Shown one piece after another: positions 24,630 to 35,900 of a stretch of 64,000 bases of DNA. How positions within the stretch are numbered: position 1 is the stretch's first letter; the number at the start of each line of letters is the position of its first letter. The notes under the pieces are model-generated. The model was not told the origin of the DNA. It worked only from the letters and a program-made list of their open reading frames with translations, and made no database searches. A program made the translations under genes and the position numbers. The stretch comes from Macrostomum lignano. Taxonomy: Eukaryota. The stretch lies in assembly GCA_002269645.1 (NCBI GenBank), contig NIVC01000963.1, forward strand, positions 166,927 to 230,926. The letters are read 5' to 3'.

Positions 24630-25401
24630 TTAAGCTCGCGACCATAATGGGAGCTTCGGGCCAAGAGTGCCAGACCGTATCGTGCCACTCGCCTCAGTGG
24701 GGCCTAATTCTAAATCAGGAGAAAAGCTAAATGATTCTAAACGATAGAGAAATCTTACAGTGGCAGCGCCGCGCGAAAAAAATCTTCCAAGGACGAACAG
24801 CACCATTGCAAAGACGCCAATAATTCCAGCGCCAACTCCGGCGTTGAACTGCCACGGCAGCTGCACCTGCCCTGTCAAAACGCTCTGCATGCTCTCAGTA
24901 GAATTCCAGCAGTTGCTGCAGAGCCAGTTGTAGTCTTTACCACTCGCCTCCAGCAGCTGCATCAGCGTGACGTCAGTGTTTTTGATCGTTACTGGTTTGA
25001 CAACCCGGAAGTTAGAAGGCAGACCCTTGCCGATCTTGACAATGCGGCTGCCCTTTTCGCCACCGATGCGGTGCAGCTCCTCCATGTGATCCGGCGCTAC
25101 GCCTGTTCGTAAATGGTTCAGTAATTGTTGCAGAACGAGGATATATTTGTAAGTTCTATCCACTATACTACTATGTATTATGTCAATTATCACAGTTGCA
25201 ACAGTCAAGCACTTTTAGAGGCCACAATGGGCAGCACTCACCCTTTTCGATCAGGTATTTTTGGCCATCGGCTGTGGTGACCACGCACCCCTCATGAGGA
25301 ACTTTGTGGCCGGACGCTTGGTCCGGTCGCTTGGTATTGAGTGGTCGCTCGACAACCACGAATTCAACGACTATCTTCTGCAGCTCGTCATGCGCGGTCA
25401 T
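24630..25401 (-). CDS. Uncharacterised 210-aa protein, putative permuted papain-like (H-box/NC-box, LRAT/PPPDE-like) with a C-terminal hydrophobic helix; copy A
   Basis: Exons 25242-25401 and 24630-25102 (GTGAGT donor, CAG acceptor, phase 1). Motifs: ERPL, PHEGCVVTTADGQKYLIEKG, DYNWLCSNCWNST, GAGIIGVFAMVLFVLG. Exon structure is firm; the fold call is inference. Confidence 0.7.
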
Positions 25402-26288
25402 AATTGCGAGGAATTTGTATTGTTTCTTTACTTTCTGCTGCTGTAGTATGGAGCTGTGAAAGTAGCCGAGCGCGCTCCTAAACTGGTTAATTTAACAAGC
25501 CATTTATCATTAGGTTTACTCTCTAATAACAAGGAACTTACTCATCGACTGGTGTCCGCTGCAGACCAAGCACCCTGGCATTACTGTACAGTTACATTGC
25601 GCACTTCAATACGCGCGCGGGATTGTACACTGTCCAAAATGTACTTGTCTGGGCTTGAATGTAATTTCAGCTAGTATGAATTGTACACTCACTGTTCAAA
25701 ACGTAGGAGAAGGTGGAACTTCACTTCTTTCTTTTTTTCTTGTTTTCTTAGCATATGGTATACAGTGCAATGCCTAATCTTCATCTGCAATCTACATGTA
25801 TAACCTAAAACTGTGCTAAATCCGAATTTTTTCGGCCTTGCGTGGAATTGACGCTACTGGCTTAAGACATTTTCTTAATACATTTTCGACGCATGAAAAA
25901 GTTTTTTATCGTTGGTAAATGGAGCCTCTGCATAGTGTACTCATATCTCATTGGCTCAAAGCTTTAGATTTGTTTTTAAGCGTTCTTCGGTTGCAGCATC
26001 ATTTGCCTTTCTAAAACATATTCTTATATAGCAATACTGCCAAATAAAGTGCAATAAAGCCTTTTGAAACACTTTTTTTTTGCTCATGCTTAGTCTTTAC
26101 TGACGTAGTAGCGCCGCTTCTTAATAATTTTGTTTATTCTTAAGGTATGGATAAATAAGAGGGAAACAGATAATCGCGGACAGGGCTCGCACAAATTTGA
26201 GTGACACCTGCATTAGTACTGCAGTTTTATTAAACTAAAGCGGCAAAGAACCATTCATTTTAATAAGCTTGCCTGGGGACCGCATTAA

Positions 26289-26646
26289 AGGGCCCTGTCA
26301 ACTCATAAAGTGGAGCCCGAGTAACCTATGCACACAAATGATACAGTATGTCATTCTGCTCACAATGACACTAGGAAGCTAGTTTTGGCAAAATAGCGAC
26401 GAAAATTTGACTTGGGATAGGGTAAAACAAGCAAAAGCTGATAATAGTGACTCTACTTTATGAGCTTAAGTTGACATAATAGTAAATAGTTCCTTAATTA
26501 TCCCCTTGCTTATTCTTCCAAGTCCAATTTTGTCGCTTTTTGCCAAACCCAGCTTCCTAGTGTCATTGTGAGCAGAATGGCATATCATTTGTGTGCATAG
26601 GTTACTCGGGCTCCACTTGCTTATGAGCTTAAGCTGACAGGCCCCT
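26289..26646. mobile_element. Foldback MITE with TTAA TSD (Kolobok-like AGGG...CCCT ends), 358 bp
   Basis: About 140-bp imperfect inverted arms (gtggagcccgagtaacctatgcacacaaatgat...tcattctgctcacaatgacactaggaagct and its reverse complement). TTAA at 26285-26288 and 26647-26650. Confidence 0.82.
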
Positions 26647-27365
26647 TTAAACCGATGGCGACTGTTGGGAAAAGTTTGCTTTCATTCAAGTGACGAAAAT
26701 TTGCAACAAAACGCTGGGATTTCCCCTTCAATTTACTAACCAAAATCTTAACTTTTATAAATTTTAGCACCTGTGCGGACTGTATGTTGCGGATTTTTGA
26801 CACGATAGAGACGTGAAGTTAACTGTTCGTTTATGGTTCTTCCTCCGTAGACAGTTACCCCAGTTTAATTATCGTATGAGAACAAATATAAAGAGAAAAG
26901 ACCTAGAGATTTGGGAGCTGAATAAAAAATGTCCAAGGGATTTTGGTCACAGCACAATTGCGTAATCAGACAACATTCAGAGACAAAAAAGGAATCCCTC
27001 CGAGTATGAGTGGGCCGAATGTATTCTTAACGATGATATAACTAGGATACAAATCCTATATACTAAAATTGAATCTATGCTAGTAGTGACAAAAACGAGG
27101 GTTTTCAGTTTAAAGTAAGTTAAACAGCTTTGTTTAAACAGTTAGAGTTCCCGCAGCCGTTTAGGACCCGATCGAGAAAGCCGGCGGAGTCCCGGTGTCT
27201 CACCGGCGCTGTAAATGAGAGTTGAAGTTGTTCAGCGGCATGCAATTGGGAATCGAGAAACAGGGGATACCGTCTACAGAACATTTGCTGCCTTATTCAC
27301 ATCACTCACTCTCCCGAACTTCTTCGTCAGCCAGTGGGCACACTGTGCAGCTCTTGGGTCGGCTC

Positions 27366-29598
27366 TCATGAATGACTAATTGCACTAAGCCCCATTGACA
27401 AAATTCGTAAGAAAGCCAACCTTGGGGACTTTGAGAATGATGCAAGCACTTCTCTGGCCAAATTCGACATTTTGTGACTGTGAAATCTTACCGCGAAAAA
27501 GCTGAGCAACCCGGCCATAATGAATTTAACTGCACCAATTCCGGCCTGTGACTGCCACGACAACTGCGACTCCCCTGTCACAACTCTCTTCATGCTCTCA
27601 GTAGCATTCCAGCAGTTGCTACAGAGACTGCTGTAGACTTCTCCGCTCGCCTCCAGCAGCTGCATCAGCGTGACGTCAGTGCGTTTGATCTTTATTGGTT
27701 TGACAATCCGGAAATTAAGAGGCAGCTCCTTGCCTATCTTGACAATGCGGCTGCCCTTTTCGCCACCGATGCGGTGCAGCTCCTCCATGTGGTCCGGCGC
27801 TACGCCTGTTCGTCAGTGTTTTGTTAAATTTTTAAAAACCAAGATAATTTGGACAGTTTTATCCATTATGTATTTATTTATCACAGTTGCAACAGTCAAG
27901 CAGTTTAGAGGCCACAATATGCAGCACTCACCCTTTTCGATCAGGTACTTTTGACCATCGGCGGTGGTGACCACGCACCCCTCATGAGGAAATTTGTAGC
28001 CGGACGTTTTGTCCGATCGCTTGGTACTGAGTGGTCGCTCGACAACCACGAATTCAACGACTATCTTCTGCAGCTCCAAAAATATAAGCAATTGCATCAG
28101 AGAGATGTTGGTGGGTTTGGCATTTTTTTCTGCGACGACCTCGAAGCCAGAAGGCAGCCTTTTACCGATGTCTACGATGCGTATTTCACCAATGCGATGC
28201 AACTCTTTCATTTGGTCCGGCGCTACGCCTGTTCGTTAATGATTCATTAAATTTTATAAAAATAGTTTGTTTTAGATTTAGTTGGTTCCTATCAGTAATA
28301 GCAACAAAAATAGGCTGACACTCAGTTAAAAAATTCTGCGTCACAGGGCGCATCTCAGAGCCAGGGCGCGAACGTAGTCCGGGCCACCAGGGGACCGTAG
28401 CCTGGTGTGGTCCAGCGCGGCGCTCTTACATGCCCGCGGACCAGACTCAATTCCAAATGCAGTAGTCACAAGGAATGTATTGTTAGGCCTAAATTTGAAT
28501 CTCGGCTTGGCTGTGTTCGTGCAATTAATGTCTAGACGTTCAACTCCCAAGGCCCAGTGAAGTGTACATTCCTAACGATAAATAAAGTTAGAGCCTCTCT
28601 ACACTCCTGTTTGAGTGTGTGCCTGGACGTCTGACATCGACGTACGACGTAGTTCGTCAGGGCGCCTGTCGGAGTGTGACAGGGCGCCCAAGTTTCAGCC
28701 TCTAATAAAAAGTCCGTCAGCGCCTCCGCGTAAAATTTTTAATTTGATGTCGCCCGGCCACAGAGCCCGATGGACTTCTCAGTGTTGATCACAAGCCCGA
28801 CAATCGACTCTACAGCGACCAGTCGGTCGACCAGTCAGCAAACAGTTGAGGACAGCAGGGCGAGATCGTCGGCGTAGCCTAACAGGCTGAGCCGTCTCCC
28901 GGTTGGCGTCGACCCACTCTTTGCCGCAGCAGAAAGCCGTCATTGGTCGGAGAGAGCAGTCCGCAGCACCCAGTCAAGCAGCAGAACAGAGAGGAACGGC
29001 ACGAACTTATTTACTTTGGGTTGCGGCATTTACTTGCACCGATATCCAAACAAGTTAAGACGAATATTATCAATAATAATATTATCATCTTACAGTTACT
29101 ATATTCAAGCAATTTAGAGATTAAATTTTGCAGTGGCTTTTACTCACCCTCTTCGAACAGGTACTTTTCGCCGTCCGAGGTGGTGACCACAAATCCTTTA
29201 TAATGACCTTTGTAGCCGGACATTGGGTCCGGTTCGGGAGTTGTTCCTCCCTGCCTGGCAGATTCAGAAAATATGATAGGAACTTATAATAATCGGAATC
29301 TAAAAATAGTTCGCCAAATAAATTATGTCAAAATAATCACAGTTGCTACATTCAAGCAATTAGAGATTAAAATTTTGCTGTAGCTCTTACCCTCTTCGAT
29401 ACTTGGCCATCCATACTTATAATGATCTTTGTAGCCGTACATTGGGCGAGGGAAATGATGCTCCTGCCAATACCGGTAATTATCATAGAAACCTAAAAAT
29501 GGTTGGCCAGATAAATGTGGTTCATCCCGTTTATGCTCTGAAGGCTTAACGGACGCAATTTTAACGACTGTCTTCTGTAGCTCGGCAGACATGGCCAT
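27366..29598 (-). CDS. Paralog of the H...NC protein, rearranged tandem-domain copy B (possibly partly pseudogenised)
   Basis: Exons 29391-29598, 27932-28228 (chimeric) and 27366-27805 join in phase 1. An extra exon-1-like piece at ~29148-29250 has no phase-compatible strong acceptor. The second domain keeps PHEGC and YSSLCSNC. Confidence 0.55.
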
Positions 29599-30454
29599 AA
29601 TTATTCCGAGTAAAAATACTAGAGCCCTAGGAGTAAGTGATCGCGCTTGTAAACTGGTTGATTTAACAAGCCATTTATCCTTAGCTTTACTGCCTAATAA
29701 TATGATACTTACTCATCGAGTAACGCGTACTGCAACCCACGTCACTCTTGCGTTACTGCTCACAATGGGATGTACAATTGCTGTACGTGCAATGCTGGGC
29801 AATCTTCAATACGTGCGCGGGACCGTACTCTGTCCAGAAGTGAACTCGATGAAGTGTTTGGGCTTGGATGCTGAGGGCTCAGTGCACACGTAAATGCCGT
29901 GCACGGTGTAAAATACTCATAGATGCATTGACGTACACTCACTGTCCAAAAAGGTAGCAAAAGGTGGAAGTTCATTTTTTTTCGTTATTCTTGTTTTCTC
30001 AGTATCTGGTACAGTAGCAACATCGAATTTTTCGTCTAATGCGAGAGTCGCACACGTTTCGTCTTCGCTGCTCAGTCTCACAGGCAGCTATGCAAGATGT
30101 TGCGATAAAATTGCTGCTTGCTCAAACAAAAAACTGACACTACTAAAATAGCAAAGCGGTTCGGCAAATTCAGATCAAAGATGGCGGCGGCAAAATACAA
30201 AAGAAAAATTTTCCGCTGATGCTGGTTCGCCTCGCTGCTGGGACTGGCAGCCACGAGCAAAAAAAGATGCAATCACTGAATTCTCAGAAGCACCGCTTTC
30301 GCCTAAAAATCTACCCCATTCCGGCTGCTCAATCGATGCAGCGATACCAATCGTTTCATCATTATTTTTTCAGCATAAATGCATCGATTCTTTCCTGAAA
30401 TCCCCAGCTACAAACCAACTGAGAACAGCAGAGTCTCCAAAATATCCGCTCACA

Positions 30455-31466
30455 ATGTCGCACGGCACTGTCAACTCGCTTCTGTCGCTGTGTCTCTGCC
30501 TTCCTGCCTTCGGTCTCGCCCAAGAGTCAACGAGCAAAATAACGGTCTGGGATAGGTGGTTCGACAGTCTGAGCGAGTACTCGACTCTGCTGAGCATCTC
30601 CGTTCCCAGCAATGTCTTATGTCTGATGAAAGCCAGTCTGAGTACCGCGGACGCCGCTGACTTCTCGGAGGAGGACGGACTGTGCCGCCTCTACCGGTGC
30701 CGATGGGGGCCGTCCGGCTGCAGGAAGTGCCGATACGTCTCGCAGGGAGCGCGGCTGTGGGTGAGGCCAGACGGATGAAAATTCAGTAGCTGTGCTGCTG
30801 AGGTTTGGGTAGCTGGGCATTCCTGACCATTGCGGTCATTTCGCTCTCTCATTTCAGCTCAGACGGCCGACACATCTGGACCGAAAGTTCTGTTGGCGCA
30901 CCTTCCAGCACCGCGTCGACGGTTCCGTGCGGTTCGATCGCAACTGGGCCGAGTACCAGGCCTCGTTTGGCCAGGACGAGCACCGCAACTTCTGGCTGGG
31001 CCTGGACACCATCCACGCCGCCACCGAGGATGGACTGCGCCGAGTCCGCTGGGAGCTGAGAACGTGGCAGGACCAGCCGTTCTGGGCCGAGAACGAGCGC
31101 TTCCTAGTCGCCGGCTCCGACAAGCTGTACCGACTGCTGCTCGGACCGCTGGAATCGAGCCTCTCCTCGATGGGGCAGTGCAGCTTCACGGACATGAAGT
31201 TTCTCAACAATCAAAGCTTCTCCACATTCGACATGGACAACGACAACAGCAGTGTCAACTGTGCGCGAGTGTACGACGGAGGCTGGTGGTTCAACAGTTG
31301 CGCCTGCTTCAACCCGAACGGTCTGTACTACCAGTACCCGGATGCGTACAACAAAAGTGCTACGGACAGCCAGGGGATCTACTACTTCTGGCCGGGAGCG
31401 CCCTATCCGTTTCGCTATGAGCATTCAATGAAGGAGTTCGAGTGTCTGTTCACGGATTTTATTTAA
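30455..31466 (+). CDS. Secreted fibrinogen-related protein (FReP/ficolin-like), 304 aa, with an N-terminal Cys-rich PAN-like module
   Basis: Exons 30455-30760 and 30858-31466. Signal peptide; FQHRVDGSVRFDRNWAEYQASFG, NFWLGLDTIH, FSTFDMDND, GGWWFNSC..FNPNG. Confidence 0.92.
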
Positions 31467-32957
31467 TGAGCCACCTTGAGGAGATTTCGGTCGCTTATCA
31501 TTTTTGATGCATGAGCAGAACATTTTATCTTTGAAAAATCGGGCCTCTGCAGTGTACGCTCGTACTCGTATCTCAGTGACTGAAAACCTTCAAAATTTAT
31601 TTTCGATTGCAGCTTCACTTGCCTCTCTAAAATATATACTCTTGTAAGGCAATACTTCAGCCAAAAAATTATTGCATCCGCCAGCTTGTGCTTCAGTATC
31701 CGTGAAGACTGAGCAAGGGTAGCGTCAGCTCGAGACGGGATTGGGTTAGGAGGTGTTGTCTTTGCTGGTTCCACTGCTGTGTGAATACGACCAGATGATA
31801 GTTAAATGTGTGATACTCTCGTATAACGATAAGCAAATCGATCAAGAGGTCCGCAGACCGGAGCTCAAAACCTTTATGTAGTTTTTTCTGCTCTTCGTAC
31901 ACGGAAGAAGCAAATGAGCCTGCTTACTTGTAATGACTATGATGAACTTGACTTGATAATTTAGAGTTTATTTTTGCGTGCATCGTGAACTGAGAAAATA
32001 AAGGTAAAACATAAACAATATACAATATAGCCATATTCGTATGACATGCAAACGGGTAGCAAAAATCAACTCATTCTTCGACCGCCGGGGGTTCTTCATC
32101 GACCCCCAGTTGATTCTTCATCAACTTCATCGTCATCAGTGAACTCTTTCAGCATCAGTTGCAATGAGTGCAAACAGTAGTGCTATTAATATAAATATTA
32201 CAACGAAACGTTAATGTTACTTTTAAAACCACGAGAGCCAGAGAACCGTGATTCGAAAAGTATATTTTTAGTGTGTGCAGTGCCTCTATAGACAAAATAA
32301 TTTATACCGTGTTGGTCCATCAATAGTAGAAACGGTCTTAGATTAAAGAAATTGAGGTGAAGAAAAAAGTTATAATCTTAGATTAGAGAGTTTTCAATTG
32401 GTCAAAGATGTTCATCATAGCAGCCTTTCTACCCATAGGAAATACCGGAGATGGCGAGTCACCCAAAACCACCTTTAAGAACGCATCTACGGACTCTCGA
32501 GACATCGGCATTCGCAGTCGGCTTCAATGTTGCATTATCCATCAGATCACAGGTCAGGAGCAGCCGGGGTTGAGGCGACAGTCTGCAGCTGCGAAGCCCG
32601 GGAAACCGGAGGAGCTCGGCTCGACATCCGGGATCCGGAGTTGGCCGAGTAGCGGCTGCGGCGGCTCCTGTCCGAGCGGCAGAGCAGCGCGTCCACGAGC
32701 TCGTCTCGGAACTTTTTGCCGCTGAGCACGTACATGAAGAAGTTCATCGTGTGGTTGGAATACACCAGCACGTCGGTTGCTGCAGAGGCCAACTCTTGGC
32801 AAGCTGGAAACGGACTGTAGCTCGGCCAGTACGGAGCCGAGATGTACATTGACATGCTCGGCGTGATCAGCACAACGTACATCAGCGTCACCAGCAGCAT
32901 CATGCGGGTCATGCTGCTGTTTGTGTCATCGGCCGACTGCTTTTGCTGCTGCTGCTG

Positions 32958-35900
32958 TTGTTGTTGTTGTTGTTTTGGTGGTACGCGCCCAGGCAGAGCT
33001 AAGGGCAGTGTCTGGCCAGCGCTATCAACCCGAGGGGGTCGGCGGAAATGCTGCTGATGTCTGTCGTGGGTCCTCCAAGAAGGCGGAGCCTGGTGCCGGC
33101 GAGAGCTGGGCAGTCAAGCCAGTGTTCCAGGTCATCGCAGGGATGGCCGCAGCGGTGACATGCTGGGTCGACGGCCGGGTCGACAATGCTGCGATACGCG
33201 TTGAAAAGAGTGCAGTGACCTGAGCGTAAGCGCGCAAGAAGCACCGCATCGGCACGGTTGGTGATGGAGTCCTCTTCCAATTGACGGTTGAGAAGCCGGT
33301 ACGCGTGCCGGGTGCGCTCGTGGCGTATCGGGGGATCGAGGACGGATCTTCTGATGACGTTTTTGGCGCTGTGGATGCTGATCTGACTAGCGGGAGACAC
33401 GAGCGTGGTGGCCTCTTTGGCTGCTTGGTCGGCCAGCTCGTTGCCAGGAATATTCTGGTGGCCCGGAACCCACTGCCAGGTGATTTCGGCAGATGCAGTA
33501 GGTAGTGCAGATCTGATTCTGGGGTTGCCGCTGGCCAGAGCGCGGAGCATAGATTGGCTGTCTGAGCAGATGTTGGTAGCCGCGGTGAGAGCAGCTTGGT
33601 TGATCCAGCCGATGGCGAGAGAGGCGGCGCGAAGCTCCTCTTCGAACGAGGATGTGGAGGGCGCGCCGCGCTGTTGAAGAGTCGCCAGGATGATAGGGTG
33701 GGCTGGGTCACCGGTCGTGACGATGGCTGAGGCGCCGCCATTGGTCGTGCCGCCTGATGCCGAGCCGTCGCAGTAGATGGTGATCAGGCCTGGGAGGTGG
33801 CGGATAGTGTCGATGGCCGTGGCTGTGCGCGCGGGACCGGGTTCCGGCAACGCCATGTCGACACGCACGTCGGTAGAGAAAGGGTCCCAAGGCGGCGGAC
33901 GAGCAGTGCAGATCATGGCGCGCGGCGTGACCGAGCTAGCAATGAGTGGCAGCAGGTCGGTGACGTGGTTCCGCCAACTGTTCCTGCGTAGCCTGTGCGC
34001 TGTGTTTCCAGTGGCGGCAATGCGGCACGGGTGAGAATCCGGGAGGCGCTGAGCTCTTTCGAAGGCCGTCAGGCATATAACATTGCTACCAGTGCGGACG
34101 GAGCAGATGCCAGCTTCCAGCCTAAGGGCCTCAACCGGAGTCGTGCGGTGTTGTCCTGTGACAATACGAAGGGCTGCGTTCTGCGCTCTCTCCAGCTGTT
34201 GAAACGCGGATTCAGAGAGCCAAGGGTGCCAGGCCGGCGCAGCGAAGTTAATGATGCTAAGTTGCATGGCACGGTAAATGCGGAGCAGGAGTTTTTTGGA
34301 CCATCCCCATTCCTTGGAGGCCAGGCAGGCGAGGAGACGGCATCGGGAAGTGGTCCGATTGCACACGTGCTCCAGATGACTGCGGAAACTCAGAGTGCGG
34401 TCCAGTGTGAGGCCCAGCAGCCGAGGCGTTGGATTGTGCCGCAGGTTCCGGCCTTCGATAGAGATAGCCGGGGACCAGGCGGCTTCGCTGGTGTCCGTGG
34501 AGAAAAAGGCGGCCTCGCTTTTGTCTGGGTTTAGGACCATTTTGTGCTCATTGCTCCAGCGGGCCACGTTGTCGAGTGCTCTTTGCACAGTGCGTTGAGC
34601 CTCGAGCTTGTTGCGGTGGCGGGCGCGGAGGGCGATGTCGTCGGCATACATGGAGATCTCTGCCGGCGGGTTGACCACGTCATTGACCGTGTCAATGAAA
34701 ATAAGGAAGAGAAACGGAGCGATGACCGATCCTTGCGGGAGGCCCTGGCGCATGATAACCGGTGAGCTGCGAGCACCGTGGAGTTGCACGCGGGCAATGC
34801 GATGGCGCAAAAAGGCCGCAGTCCATTTGATAAAGACAAGAGGGACGCGTTTGCGTGCCATAACGGTGATGAGGCGCTCACGCCACACTTTGTCAAAGGC
34901 TTTACAAAAATCAAGCAGAGCAATGATCGTGCGTTCAGATGGTTTGAGGTTCATCCCGTCGCTGATGTCTTGGGTGACTCTCAGGAGCTGATCCTCGCAG
35001 GAGTAGTTGGCCCGAAACCCCGCCTGGTTCGGGGAGATCCAGCCGTGGCGCTCAGCCAGGTGGTGCAATCTAGTGACCAGGATGCGCTCGAGCAGCTTGA
35101 CAATACAGGATGTGAGGCTGATGGGGCGAAAGGCCGCGATGTCCCGAGCCGACTTTCCAGCCTTGAGCAGGGGAATAATAATCGCGGTGCGCCAGGATTG
35201 AGCGACGGCCGCGTGCTGGAAGGACCAGTTGAAGAGACTAAGCAGCTCTGCGCGGGCGAGCGGGCCAAGGGCCTTAATGAACCGAGGCGTGACCTCGTCG
35301 GCGCCAGCAGCGCCGTTAGCACGCTGGTGTTGGATGGCTGAGTCCAGTTCCTGCTCGGTGATGGCGGCGTAACCGTCGTGGATCGAACCTGGGAGCGGAA
35401 GGGGAAGCCGAAGGATGGCTTTGGCTTCTCGGATAGTAGCGCGATCCGAATGGGAAATGTGGTACCTGCTGACAGAGGCGTACTGCTTGGCAAAGGCGTT
35501 GGCTTTGTCTCTAGGGTCTGTTAACACTTTGTTGCCGACCTGGAGGGCCTCATTAGGGCAGTTGGAGTCCGGAGTGCCGTTAAGGCTGCGGATGAACTTC
35601 CACGCCTTGTTCGAGTTGGGCTCTTTCTCAAGATCGGTTATCGTGTCACGCCAAGCAGCCTCTTTCGTTGCCCTGGCAATTTTGTGAACGTTGGCGCAGG
35701 CGCTGAGCCAATCTTCTCTATTCTCGCCAACGGAGCGCCTGAGGCGGTTACGGAGCTTAATCGCCGCTTTGAGTTCAGGGGTGAGCCAGGGACGCGGTCT
35801 GTGCGAGGTACGGACTTTGCCGATGCAAAGGTTTGCCGCTTGCATGACTATATCATTAAAGCGTTTGGCTCTGGCGTCAAAGGTAAGATGCTCTTTGTGA

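Noticed and set aside
32999-33004. AGCTC as the LINE TSD, or splicing out of the LINE via the TAG at its ORF end
   Set aside because: AGCTC excision shifts the frame, no phase-compatible donor precedes the stop, and the 15-bp CAG/CAA TSD restores the frame exactly.
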